The notes below the pieces were generated by a model. The model made no database searches. It saw only the letters and a program-made list of their open reading frames with translations, and was not told the DNA's origin. 33,591 bases of DNA, taken from the IMG/VR virus record IMGVR_UViG_3300011338_000415, positions 1-33,591 of that record; one strand, given 5' to 3'. Shown here in pieces: positions 1 through 8,585 of the stretch. How positions within the stretch are numbered: position 1 is the first letter of the stretch; each line of letters opens with the position of its first letter. A program made the position numbers and the translations under genes. The DNA is from a virus (Duplodnaviria > Caudoviricetes).

Positions 1-125
1 GTGCTTTAAATAGTCAAATAGGTTAATTAAATGGTAATAGATTTCAAAATATTGATAATGTTCAAAGTGAAGAAAGACAAGGTAAAAGCAATATGTTTTC
101 TACATCATTTAAAGGACAATTTAAT
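1..125 (+). repeat. Terminal direct repeat, left copy (assembly overlap)
   Basis: Matches 33467..33591 with 3 mismatches (positions 22, 26, 49); 50..125 identical. Confidence 0.95.
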
Positions 126-509
126 TTTGATGATATTTATGTAGACCAAAACCAAATAAAAGATATTTTTAATTATATTGATTTATATCCTTTTGGAGTT
201 TATAGTCCTAATAATTTACCTAATACATTTTTAGCAACTTTTAATCAAAACGTTCAAAGTGTAGAATACATTAAACTTTTTAATTCGAGTACAAATGCTT
301 TAATTGAAAATTTAACTACTTATCCTTTATCAGCAAATGAGATTGAGGGTAATTTACCAACTTTAGGATTAGGTAAATATTACATTACTTTTAAATGTAT
401 TTCTACGGATAATGAAGTATTAGAAGTGGTTAATAAAACGTGGAATTTTACTATAAAAACTGGAGATTACTTTATATCAGATTACAATATTAATCAATAC
501 TTAATATAA
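93..509 (+). CDS. C-terminal part of a tail/structural protein that starts at 32830 and wraps around the circle
   Basis: MFSTSFKGQFN is also read in frame at the end of the open ORF 32830..33591. Confidence 0.8.
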   Translation: MFSTSFKGQFNFDDIYVDQNQIKDIFNYIDLYPFGVYSPNNLPNTFLATFNQNVQSVEYIKLFNSSTNALIENLTTYPLSANEIEGNLPTLGLGKYYITFKCISTDNEVLEVVNKTWNFTIKTGDYFISDYNINQYLI

Positions 510-510
510 A

Positions 511-972
511 ATGAGTACAAAAACAAATATACAAAATTTAATAAATACTAATTTAGCAGATGCTAGTAGTATAACAGCTTCTGAACATAGGTCGGTAGAA
601 AATTCTTTATTGAATGAAGTATACCCTACACCTATTTACGAAACTCAAGCCACAACAAATACTATAACTGCTAAAAATGCAACTATTAATAATCTTAATT
701 ACGATATATCTATTGTAAAACAAGGAAGATTAGTTACAATATCAGGTATTTTATGGAATAATACCGGTAGTATAATTGATGATTCAGAAAATTACTTTTT
801 TGAAATAATTAATAGTGAATATTTTCCGGATACAACAAAACCTACTATAATTTATAGAATGGGTAATAATAGACAATTAATTTTTCAAGTTACTAGTAAA
901 CGTTTTGGTATATATGGTGCCGGAGTTGGTAGTCAAAATGAATTTCAAATAACTTATTTAACACTAAATTAA
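511..972 (+). CDS. Putative minor tail protein
   Basis: In tail module; beta-rich C-terminus (KQGRLVTISG); tightly coupled to neighbours. Confidence 0.6.
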   Translation: MSTKTNIQNLINTNLADASSITASEHRSVENSLLNEVYPTPIYETQATTNTITAKNATINNLNYDISIVKQGRLVTISGILWNNTGSIIDDSENYFFEIINSEYFPDTTKPTIIYRMGNNRQLIFQVTSKRFGIYGAGVGSQNEFQITYLTLN

Positions 973-973
973 A

Positions 974-1969
974 ATGGCAAAAGCTTTTTATATTCAAGAG
1001 GAAATAGCAAATTACGCACCAAATATATTACCGTATTCATCTACATTTGATAATGCGGTAAGTATTAATAAAGTTAGTGGTAATGTTTCATCTGCTGCAA
1101 CATATACTAATAAATTTGCATACGATGGAGTGAAATCTATTTTTGCTTTTAATCAAAGTACATCAACACCTTTAAATTTTAATTTAAATAGTGCTTTAGA
1201 AAAAACATTAAATAATACAGGAAGTTATATAGTTTCTTTAAGATTATTACACGAAAATAATACAGTCTATACCGATAAAATTATAATTAAAATAACTGTT
1301 AATGGAGTGGCTTCATTTTATACAATGGATTGTCAGTTTACTTCGGATATGGTTAAAAATAAATGGTACACATTTGCTCAATCTTTTAATTTTTCTACTG
1401 GCGATGTTATAAACTTTTCATTTGAGCAAGTTTGTGCAAATGCTTCAAGTACTGGAACTTATATTGATGGTTTCAAAATGGAATTATCGGATAGGTTAAA
1501 TGGTTTGCCAACAATTTACAATAGACCAACCGATGATTTAACTGGGTGGCAAAGTAGAGTAGATACAACTAACACTCAATCACTAACGGCAAATACAAAT
1601 AATTTAATAGTTTTTACAGGAACTTTAGAAAGTAACGGATTTTTAAGTTTATTAGATGTAAATAGTAAAGTAGTTCCTTTAAAGCAAGGAGATTTTATAA
1701 TAGTTGATTTTGCATTTACAGCAGTTACACCAAGTGGAAGTGGAAATTATATAACTATAATATTTGAAGTAAACGGATTTGCATATCGTTCAGAAATACA
1801 TAGTTTCTTAAAAGGTTCGGGAGTAGATGATAACATATCCGTAAGTTATGGATTCCCAGTAACATCTGATTTCTTAACTTATGGTGGAACTTTTAAAATA
1901 AATCCAAATATTGCTGTAAATATTAAAAATAGATACATTTCAGTTTGTAGAACACATAAAGGTATATAA
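974..1969 (+). CDS. Putative tail protein, possibly with carbohydrate-binding jelly-roll domains
   Basis: 331 aa, Asn/Thr/Ser- and beta-rich; YIDGFKME resembles the end of a CBM-like module; precedes the fibre gene. Confidence 0.55.
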   Translation: MAKAFYIQEEIANYAPNILPYSSTFDNAVSINKVSGNVSSAATYTNKFAYDGVKSIFAFNQSTSTPLNFNLNSALEKTLNNTGSYIVSLRLLHENNTVYTDKIIIKITVNGVASFYTMDCQFTSDMVKNKWYTFAQSFNFSTGDVINFSFEQVCANASSTGTYIDGFKMELSDRLNGLPTIYNRPTDDLTGWQSRVDTTNTQSLTANTNNLIVFTGTLESNGFLSLLDVNSKVVPLKQGDFIIVDFAFTAVTPSGSGNYITIIFEVNGFAYRSEIHSFLKGSGVDDNISVSYGFPVTSDFLTYGGTFKINPNIAVNIKNRYISVCRTHKGI

Positions 1970-4293
1970 TGATAACAACTAAAATAAATAACGGAGATAG
2001 TTTAACGTATGCTTTTACAATTACGGGAGTAGAAGCAAATGACATTTTAAATTTAGAATTTGCAATAGGTAATTTAAGTTTTACTTTAGCAAATGGTAAA
2101 TTAGTACAAAGCAATACTAATCCTTTGTTATTTTATATTTATTTACTTTCTAAAGATACTTTCTGTCTAAATGGAAATTATCCTATTTCTATTGCAATAA
2201 ATACTGAATTATTAGGGGTTTTAAAAAAGAATTTATTAGCAAATTTATCTGTTGTAAAAACAAATACAAAAATGAATTTGCCAGTAGAAACTACTATAAT
2301 AAGTGCCACATTTGATTTGACAGTTGATGATAGCGGAATTATAGTTAATGAATACTTGCAACTAATTGCAAAAGGAGAAAAAGGTGACCAAGGTATTCAA
2401 GGTATTCAAGGTATACAAGGTATTAAAGGTGATAAAGGAGATAAAGGTGACGCTGGAGATGGGCAAACCCTTCAATCAGTTACCGATTTAGGTAGTGCTA
2501 CAACTAATCAAATTTCATCAGATGTAGGTTTTTTTATAGGTGAAAATAATAATGTAGCTTATTTATCAAAACAAAATGAAATTTTATCCATCTATATACA
2601 AGATATGGATACAGAATTTGGTTCTAATATTTTTGCTGTTTCTACTGAAGATGGAATATCTTATGATAAAATTCAAGGATTAAGAAAATGTATATTAAGA
2701 GTTACAGAAAATTTACTATCTTATAGGATATTGGATGATAATGATAATGAATTAAATAATTTTGTAGTAGATGAATTATCAACATCTTCAAAAAATGGTT
2801 TTAAATCTTTATGGGGAGAATTTGGTGATAATGGGGAATTTAGTGCAGGAACTTATTATGATGGATTGACAAGAAGATTTTATTTCTTTTCTGGGGCAGC
2901 AGATTATGGATATGCTCAACAAAGTGCATCTATAAAAACAACAGCAGAGGAAGGAATTTCAATGCAAGCAACTGGAACTGATGGCCCTTTAATTTTTTCA
3001 TCCTCAATTTATAATACTGTTGATACATTAGCTTTAAGAAAAAGTTTTTATAATATTGATACATTAGAAAATATAATTGTTAATGAATTAATACTTGGAG
3101 ATAATGATACATATTCAAAAAAATCATATAGCACAGAGGAAGGTTTTAATGGAAGTTTTATACTTTTTAATACTGGTGCAGCAGTTAATAATAATTTAAC
3201 TGGTCAATTAAGTTGGAATGATATTGATGGAACATTAGATTTAGGTCTTAAAGGCGGAAATGTTACTTTACAAATTGGACAAGAAAGTGTAATAAGAGTA
3301 GTTAATAAAACATCAACAAATATAACTTTACAAGAAAGTGCTTATCAAGCAGTTAGAATAACAGGTGCTCAAGGAAATAGATTAAAAGTAGATTTAGCAC
3401 AAGCAACAACAGATAATTTATCAGCTGAAACTATTGGTTTAGTTACTGAAACTATTGCTAATAATCAAGAAGGATTTATCACAACATCAGGTTTAGTTAG
3501 AAACATAAATACAACAGGTTCATTACAAGGTGAGACTTGGAATGATGGTGATATACTTTATCTTTCACCAACAGTTGCTGGTAGAATTACAAAAGTAAAA
3601 CCAGTTGCTCCTAATCATTTAGTAATTGTTGGTTATGTTGTTAGAGCACATATTACACAAGGTCAGATTTTTGTTAAAGTTGATAATGGTTATGAGTTAG
3701 ATGAATTACATAATGTAAAAATAAATTCAGAAACAAATAATCAATTATTAGCTTACAATAATAGTAATTCAGTTTGGGAAAATAAATCATTATCTGACAT
3801 AGGAGGTCAAAGTTTTTTTAAGAATTTACCTTACAAATATTTTAATTCTAATCAATCAATCGGAAGTAATGTTTCGGGAGAAACACAATTAATAAGAGTA
3901 GAAATACCAGCGAATACATTTTCAAGTTCGGACAAACTTTATTTTAGATTTGCATTGAGTAAAACAGGAATTATAAATGCCACAACAATTAGAGCAAAAA
4001 TATCAACTTCTCCATCAATGCCAGTTGGAGCGGCATCAATAATAGCTACTGGTTCTATTGGTGGTACTGCATTATACTGCCCAGTTGAAAGAACAATGGC
4101 AATAAATGGGGGAAATTTAAAAGGGTTTCCTTTTGCAAGTGCAAACGTTTCAGATAGTGCCACAACTACAACTGCCTGGTCAAGTGTTGCTTTTGATGTA
4201 ACACAAACACAATATTTTTATGTAAGTGCAACTCCTACCGCTATAACAACAGATGTGAGCTATTTAGAGTATTTAGAAATAACAAATATATAA
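1969..4293 (+). CDS. Tail fibre / receptor-binding protein with collagen-like segment
   Basis: 774 aa; Gly-X-Y run; modular composition; last large tail gene before lysis genes. Confidence 0.8.
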   Translation: MITTKINNGDSLTYAFTITGVEANDILNLEFAIGNLSFTLANGKLVQSNTNPLLFYIYLLSKDTFCLNGNYPISIAINTELLGVLKKNLLANLSVVKTNTKMNLPVETTIISATFDLTVDDSGIIVNEYLQLIAKGEKGDQGIQGIQGIQGIKGDKGDKGDAGDGQTLQSVTDLGSATTNQISSDVGFFIGENNNVAYLSKQNEILSIYIQDMDTEFGSNIFAVSTEDGISYDKIQGLRKCILRVTENLLSYRILDDNDNELNNFVVDELSTSSKNGFKSLWGEFGDNGEFSAGTYYDGLTRRFYFFSGAADYGYAQQSASIKTTAEEGISMQATGTDGPLIFSSSIYNTVDTLALRKSFYNIDTLENIIVNELILGDNDTYSKKSYSTEEGFNGSFILFNTGAAVNNNLTGQLSWNDIDGTLDLGLKGGNVTLQIGQESVIRVVNKTSTNITLQESAYQAVRITGAQGNRLKVDLAQATTDNLSAETIGLVTETIANNQEGFITTSGLVRNINTTGSLQGETWNDGDILYLSPTVAGRITKVKPVAPNHLVIVGYVVRAHITQGQIFVKVDNGYELDELHNVKINSETNNQLLAYNNSNSVWENKSLSDIGGQSFFKNLPYKYFNSNQSIGSNVSGETQLIRVEIPANTFSSSDKLYFRFALSKTGIINATTIRAKISTSPSMPVGAASIIATGSIGGTALYCPVERTMAINGGNLKGFPFASANVSDSATTTTAWSSVAFDVTQTQYFYVSATPTAITTDVSYLEYLEITNI
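2374..2460 (+). repeat. Collagen-like Gly-X-Y coding repeat
   Basis: GEKGDQGIQGIQGIQGIKGDKGDKGDAGD; ggtattcaa and ggtgataaa-type 9-bp units. Confidence 0.9.
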
Positions 4294-4297
4294 TATT

Positions 4298-4459
4298 ATG
4301 ATGTATGCTATTTTAGAAAAAGAAACAGGAAAAGAACTTTATTACAAAGGTGATAATGAAGTATTAGAAAATGAAATTGCGGTTACTGAATTAAGAAGTG
4401 AGGATATGCAAAACCCACATTTTAATTTTGAAACTAGAACTTATTACGATAAAATATAA
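4298..4459 (+). CDS. Small acidic protein (53 aa), possible tail-fibre assembly chaperone
   Basis: Hand-translated MMYAILEKETGKELYY...NPHFNFETRTYYDKI; directly follows fibre gene; below ORF-track cutoff. Confidence 0.65.
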   Translation: MMYAILEKETGKELYYKGDNEVLENEIAVTELRSEDMQNPHFNFETRTYYDKI

Positions 4460-4465
4460 AATAAA

Positions 4466-4666
4466 ATGAGTAGAAAAGAGAAAATAGATTTGCTTTTGAG
4501 TAAATGGGTAAGCAGAAAATTAACAGTATTTGTTATAGCGTCCGTTGGTTTATTCAGCGGATATATAACTTCTGATAATTGGGTTATAGTTGCAACGGCT
4601 TACATAGCCACTGAAGGAGCGACAAGTATTGTAGAACGTTTAATAAAAGCAAAAAATGTCGCATAA
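4466..4666 (+). CDS. Putative holin
   Basis: 66 aa, two hydrophobic segments, basic termini, upstream of endolysin. Confidence 0.65.
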   Translation: MSRKEKIDLLLSKWVSRKLTVFVIASVGLFSGYITSDNWVIVATAYIATEGATSIVERLIKAKNVA

Positions 4667-4829
4667 CGATTTGAAACTATATTTTTTTAATGCTATATCT
4701 ATGTTATTAAGTTTCTCAAATATTGAGAGCTTTTTAAAAATAATTCTATTAATAGCTTCTATATTCTACACGATTTTAAAAACTATTGAAACTTTAAAGA
4801 AAAAAAACAATGGCGAAAATAACGAATAA
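4656..4829 (+). CDS. Second holin/antiholin-like membrane protein (57 aa)
   Basis: Hand-translated MSHNDLKLYFFNAISMLLSFSNIESFLKIILLIASIFYTILKTIETLKKKNNGENNE; overlaps both neighbours. Confidence 0.65.
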   Translation: MSHNDLKLYFFNAISMLLSFSNIESFLKIILLIASIFYTILKTIETLKKKNNGENNE

Positions 4830-5184
4830 TTTTAGTTTAGAAGAATTTAATTGTAAAGATGGTTCTTTAATGCCTAATAATGTATTAATAAACATTATTA
4901 AATTGGCTAAAAATTTACAAGTATTGCGAGATTCAGTAGGTAAAACTATTACTATTAATTCTGCATATCGTTCACCGGAATATAATAAAAAAATAGGTGG
5001 TGTTAAAGATAGCCAACATTTAAAAGGCAATGCTTCAGATATTACTATAAAAGGAATGACACCAAAAGAAGTTGCAAAAGTAATTGAGGGTTTAATACAA
5101 AATGGTAAAATGCAACAAGGTGGTATAGGAATATATCCAAACTTTGTCCATTATGATATTCGTGGAGTTAAAGCTCGTTGGTAA
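4810..5184 (+). CDS. Endolysin, peptidase M15A-like zinc peptidase
   Basis: NFSLEEF.C, SAYR, SQH..G.A.D and FVHYD.R motifs. Confidence 0.9.
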   Translation: MAKITNNFSLEEFNCKDGSLMPNNVLINIIKLAKNLQVLRDSVGKTITINSAYRSPEYNKKIGGVKDSQHLKGNASDITIKGMTPKEVAKVIEGLIQNGKMQQGGIGIYPNFVHYDIRGVKARW

Positions 5185-5188
5185 AATC

Positions 5189-5222
5189 AAAAAAACCCTT
5201 ACAACTAATGCAAGGGTTTTTT
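5189..5222. terminator. Bidirectional intrinsic terminator, better formed on the minus strand
   Basis: Minus strand cccttgca-ttagt-tgtaaggg then T7, with a G.U pair; the same position is an A.C mismatch on +. Confidence 0.85.
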
Positions 5223-5254
5223 CTTAACTATTAACTAAACAAAGAAATTATGAA
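5189..5254 (-). ncRNA. Putative ~65-nt small antisense RNA
   Basis: Lies between a complete minus-strand promoter and a minus-favoured terminator; too short for a meaningful ORF; 5' end approximate. Confidence 0.6.
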
Positions 5255-5258
5255 TATG

Positions 5259-5289
5259 CAAATATAACATATTCCATTTAATATACAAA
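5259..5289 (-). promoter_or_regulatory. Bacteroidota sigma promoter, leftward
   Basis: TTTG (5289-5286), 19-nt spacer, TATATTTG (5266-5259): full -33/-7 consensus. Confidence 0.75.
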
Positions 5290-5297
5290 TAATTTTA

Positions 5298-5305
5298 TAT
5301 ATTTG
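5298..5305 (+). promoter_or_regulatory. Bacteroidota -7 promoter box
   Basis: TATATTTG ending 24 nt before ATG 5330. Confidence 0.7.
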
Positions 5306-5329
5306 TGAAAACTTTTAAACAAATAATTT

Positions 5330-6496
5330 ATGATTGTTTCAAAATGGAAGAATTACGATACACAATTAACTGATTTATTGCAAGATAATCGAAATTGTAG
5401 TGATACAGAAATTGCAAAAAAACTATTAAATACAAATGAAGGTGGATACCTTAATAAAGAAGTAGATTTACTTCGTACTTACATTAAAAGAAATAGAAAG
5501 CGTTTATTAGATACTCACGAGGGTGTATTTGATGCAACAGATGAGTTAGATGTACCAAATACTTCTGTTAAACATTTGTGGCTTAAAACAAAGAAAAGTA
5601 GTATATTTATTAAAAATCCTAATTTTTTAGAAAATTCTGAAAATGATTTAGAATTAATTAAAACGGAATTATTAAAAGAATTACAAAATTACGTACCTAA
5701 ATATCCAAAAATTAAAAGAAAAGAAAATAACAAAAATAAAAGGTTATTTGTTTTTGACCCTGCAGATATTCATATTGGTAAATTATGTAGCTCTTTTGAA
5801 GTTGGTGAAACTTATAATAATCAAATAGCAGTACAAAGAGTTTTAAAAGGGTGTAAAGGAATTTTAAATGAAATTAAAGAAAATAGTATTGATAAAATTT
5901 TATTTGTTATAGGTAATGATATTTTACATATTGACAATACTAAAAGAACCACAACAAGTGGAACACCACAAGATACAGATGGAATGTGGCACACAAATTT
6001 TTTAATTGCAAAACAATTATATGTAGATATTGTAGAAATTTTAATGAGTATTGCAGATGTTCACGTAGTTTACAATCCAAGTAATCACGATTATACAAAT
6101 GGTTTCTTTTTAGCACAAGTAATTGAAACGCATTTTAAGGATTGTAAAAATGTTACATTTGATACTACAATAGCACATAGAAAATACTTTGTATATGGTA
6201 AAAACTTAATAGGTACTACTCACGGTGATGGTGCAAAAGCTCAAGATTTACCTTTACTAATGGCAAATGAAAGTAAAGATTGGAGTACTTGTAAGCATAA
6301 ATATATTTATACACACCATATGCACCACAAAATTAGCAAAGATTATATGAGTGTATGTGTTGAAACATTAAGAAGTCCAAGCGGTACAGATAGTTGGCAT
6401 CATAGAAACGGATATCAACACGCACCAAAAGCAGTTGAGGGATACATACACGATAAAGAACACGGACAAGTACAACGTTTAACATTTATTTTTTAA
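5330..6496 (+). CDS. Calcineurin-like metallophosphoesterase with N-terminal extension (possible HTH)
   Basis: D.H (ADIHIG), GND, SNHD, HGD and HHMHH metal-binding motifs. Confidence 0.85.
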   Translation: MIVSKWKNYDTQLTDLLQDNRNCSDTEIAKKLLNTNEGGYLNKEVDLLRTYIKRNRKRLLDTHEGVFDATDELDVPNTSVKHLWLKTKKSSIFIKNPNFLENSENDLELIKTELLKELQNYVPKYPKIKRKENNKNKRLFVFDPADIHIGKLCSSFEVGETYNNQIAVQRVLKGCKGILNEIKENSIDKILFVIGNDILHIDNTKRTTTSGTPQDTDGMWHTNFLIAKQLYVDIVEILMSIADVHVVYNPSNHDYTNGFFLAQVIETHFKDCKNVTFDTTIAHRKYFVYGKNLIGTTHGDGAKAQDLPLLMANESKDWSTCKHKYIYTHHMHHKISKDYMSVCVETLRSPSGTDSWHHRNGYQHAPKAVEGYIHDKEHGQVQRLTFIF

Positions 6497-6502
6497 ATTA
6501 TT

Positions 6503-7126
6503 ATGATAGGTATTTATAAAATAACAAACCCAAAAAATAGGGTTTATGTAGGGCAAAGTATAAACATAGAAAAAAGATTTAAAACATATAAATCTGAATT
6601 TGGAAAAGGTCAATCTAAATTATATAATTCATTTATTAAATATGGAGTAGAAAATCATATTTTTGAAGTAATACAAGAATGTAAAACGGATAAATTAAAT
6701 GAGCTTGAAAGATACTATCAAGAATTATATAATTGTTTAAATCACGGACTAAATTGTGTTTATGTTAGTACCAATGCAAGAAGTGGAAAAGTAAGTGAAG
6801 AAACAAGGTTAAAAATGATTAAAGCTCAAATTGGTAATAAAAAGTGGTTAGGTAAAAAACATACTGAAGAAACAAAATTAAAGATGAGTAAATCTATGAA
6901 AGGGATAAAAAGAAGCTCTGAATTTTGTAAGAATATAAGTGAAAGAATGAAAGGTAAACATACAGGAATGATTAGCCCAAATACAAAATTAGTATTAGAT
7001 GTTTTTAATGGTATTTATTACGAAAGTTTACGAGAAGCATATAAATCATCTAATATAAATTACAATACATTAAAAGCTAATTTATCAAGATATAAAATAA
7101 ACAAAACTAATTTTATTTACGTATAA
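6503..7126 (+). CDS. Free-standing GIY-YIG homing endonuclease with NUMOD3-type repeats
   Basis: GIYKITN...YVGQS, conserved R and E; SEETRLKM and HTEETKLKMS repeats. Confidence 0.92.
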   Translation: MIGIYKITNPKNRVYVGQSINIEKRFKTYKSEFGKGQSKLYNSFIKYGVENHIFEVIQECKTDKLNELERYYQELYNCLNHGLNCVYVSTNARSGKVSEETRLKMIKAQIGNKKWLGKKHTEETKLKMSKSMKGIKRSSEFCKNISERMKGKHTGMISPNTKLVLDVFNGIYYESLREAYKSSNINYNTLKANLSRYKINKTNFIYV

Positions 7127-7128
7127 CT

Positions 7129-7251
7129 ATGACAAATTTACAAAGAGTATTAAGAATTATAAAATTTAATTACAATAGAGGTTGTAATAAAGAAAGTGTA
7201 AATAAAGTTTACTATTCACTATTAAAAGTAAAATATGAAAATAGAAATTAA
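7129..7251 (+). CDS. Small basic protein (40 aa)
   Basis: Hand-translated MTNLQRVLRIIKFNYNRGCNKESVNKVYYSLLKVKYENRN; paralogue at 17895. Confidence 0.6.
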   Translation: MTNLQRVLRIIKFNYNRGCNKESVNKVYYSLLKVKYENRN

Positions 7252-7399
7252 ACATTACGGAAATACTTATACAGTAGAAACTGAAAACGATGATTTAGAT
7301 GCTGTAGAAATAATTGATATAATAACAGGCTTATTAATTCAATTAGGATATCAACAACAAAGTATTAACGAAGCAATAAAAGAATTAGCAGATGAGTGA
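7235..7399 (+). CDS. Small acidic hypothetical protein (54 aa)
   Basis: Hand-translated MKIEIKHYGNTYTVETENDDL...KELADE; fills the gap and overlaps both neighbours. Confidence 0.65.
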   Translation: MKIEIKHYGNTYTVETENDDLDAVEIIDIITGLLIQLGYQQQSINEAIKELADE

Positions 7400-7598
7400 T
7401 ATAGCAAAATGTGAGGATTATAAATGTCCATCAAGATTAATGTGTTATAGATTTACAGCACTTGCTTCAGAGTTTAGGCAATCTTATGGTATCTTTAATA
7501 GAGAAGAAGATGCTAATAATTGTGATATGTTTTGGAATAATAAACAAGAAAATATATTAAACCAATTAAAATATATAAAAAATGGAAAAGAAGATTAA
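7392..7598 (+). CDS. Small Cys-containing hypothetical protein
   Basis: DIAKC....CP....CYR...C pattern, possible metal binding. Confidence 0.65.
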   Translation: MSDIAKCEDYKCPSRLMCYRFTALASEFRQSYGIFNREEDANNCDMFWNNKQENILNQLKYIKNGKED

Positions 7599-8208
7599 TT
7601 TATTAGATGTATTTGTGTGGCTAGGTTGGGTATTATTATTTGGTATGCTTTTTTTTAAAGGTTGCAATCCGGAGCCACAAATAGCCGAAAAGATAAAAAT
7701 ACAAACCAAAGAAGTAAAAGGTGATGCAATAATAAAAACTAATATAGTACATATTCCAATTACTAAAAAGTTTAGAGATACTGCTGGAGTTGGTTTTTAC
7801 GTTTCACAAATTGACAAACTTTTTGAAGAAAATAATCGTATGCAATTAGAATTTATGCAAATGGATAGTTTGCAGAAAATAGAAGCATATAATAAAGCAA
7901 TCGAAATAAGCTCTTTTAAGCAACAATTTGATGATGTAAACATAAATGCTTACATTAGTGGAGAAGTAAGTGGTAAAATACACGCTATGAAGTTTGATTA
8001 TACTTTAAAGCCAATGACAATAGAAGTAGATGCACCAAAGCCAAAAAACAATTTATATTTAGGTATTAACGTAGCCAATAGTTTGCAATTAAATAAACCA
8101 TTATTTTCTGCAGGAATTGGTTTAAAAAATAAACGTGGAAATATGCTAAATGCATCATTTGACACAGAAAAAAGAATAGGTATTGGATATTATTTAAAAA
8201 TATTTTAA
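7582..8208 (+). CDS. Spanin-like membrane protein
   Basis: N-terminal hydrophobic helix ending KGC, helical middle, C-terminal amphipathic beta strands ending in Phe; last gene before terminator. Confidence 0.5.
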   Translation: MEKKINLLDVFVWLGWVLLFGMLFFKGCNPEPQIAEKIKIQTKEVKGDAIIKTNIVHIPITKKFRDTAGVGFYVSQIDKLFEENNRMQLEFMQMDSLQKIEAYNKAIEISSFKQQFDDVNINAYISGEVSGKIHAMKFDYTLKPMTIEVDAPKPKNNLYLGINVANSLQLNKPLFSAGIGLKNKRGNMLNASFDTEKRIGIGYYLKIF

Positions 8209-8229
8209 GTTAATTTTATCAATGTTTTC

Positions 8230-8261
8230 AAGGTCTTACGTAATTGTAAGACTTTTTTTTT
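8230..8261 (+). terminator. Intrinsic terminator ending the late/lysis region
   Basis: gtcttacg-taat-tgtaagac followed by T9. Confidence 0.9.
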
Positions 8262-8281
8262 GCATAAATTTTAAAAATAAT

Positions 8282-8323
8282 TAGTAAAAAATTTTTTTAT
8301 TAAAAATAAACGTTTTATATTTG
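8282..8323 (+). promoter_or_regulatory. Early promoter with operator-like palindrome
   Basis: TAGTAAAA-N5-TTTTATTA at 8282 and TATATTTG at 8316-8323. Confidence 0.75.
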
Positions 8324-8365
8324 CCCTATCAAACAATAACAAATAACAATTTAAAACACAAAATT

Positions 8366-8572
8366 ATGACAACTTACAAACATTGCGGAAACATTTACAC
8401 AGTATTAGTTAAATATTCCGATACAACAAATGAAGAAGTTATTTTATTTAAAGATAAAAAATATACTATAGTAAGATTACCAAGACCAACAAAAACAGAA
8501 GCAGAATTAGCTTGCGTTTTTGTAAATGGAGTAAAATATAATTCATTTGCTAAATTTTTAAAAACAATATAA
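8366..8572 (+). CDS. Early hypothetical protein (68 aa)
   Basis: ATG 8366 in AAATTATG context; the track start at 8321 lies inside the promoter. Confidence 0.7.
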   Translation: MTTYKHCGNIYTVLVKYSDTTNEEVILFKDKKYTIVRLPRPTKTEAELACVFVNGVKYNSFAKFLKTI

Positions 8573-8585
8573 ATAAAAAAAATAT

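Noticed and set aside
5250-5267. Five-codon ORF MNMQI behind a strong-looking initiation region
   Set aside because: Too short, and downstream of a terminator with no + promoter; better explained as the complement of the minus-strand sRNA.
6497-7128. Group I intron around the GIY-YIG gene
   Set aside because: The upstream gene ends normally, and only 6 and 2 nt flank the ORF, leaving no room for a ribozyme core.
8321-8365. Longer N-termini given by the ORF track (8321, also 8827, 9943, 10790, 11934)
   Set aside because: They start inside a promoter, an RNA stem or the upstream gene; downstream ATGs have better context and minimal overlap.
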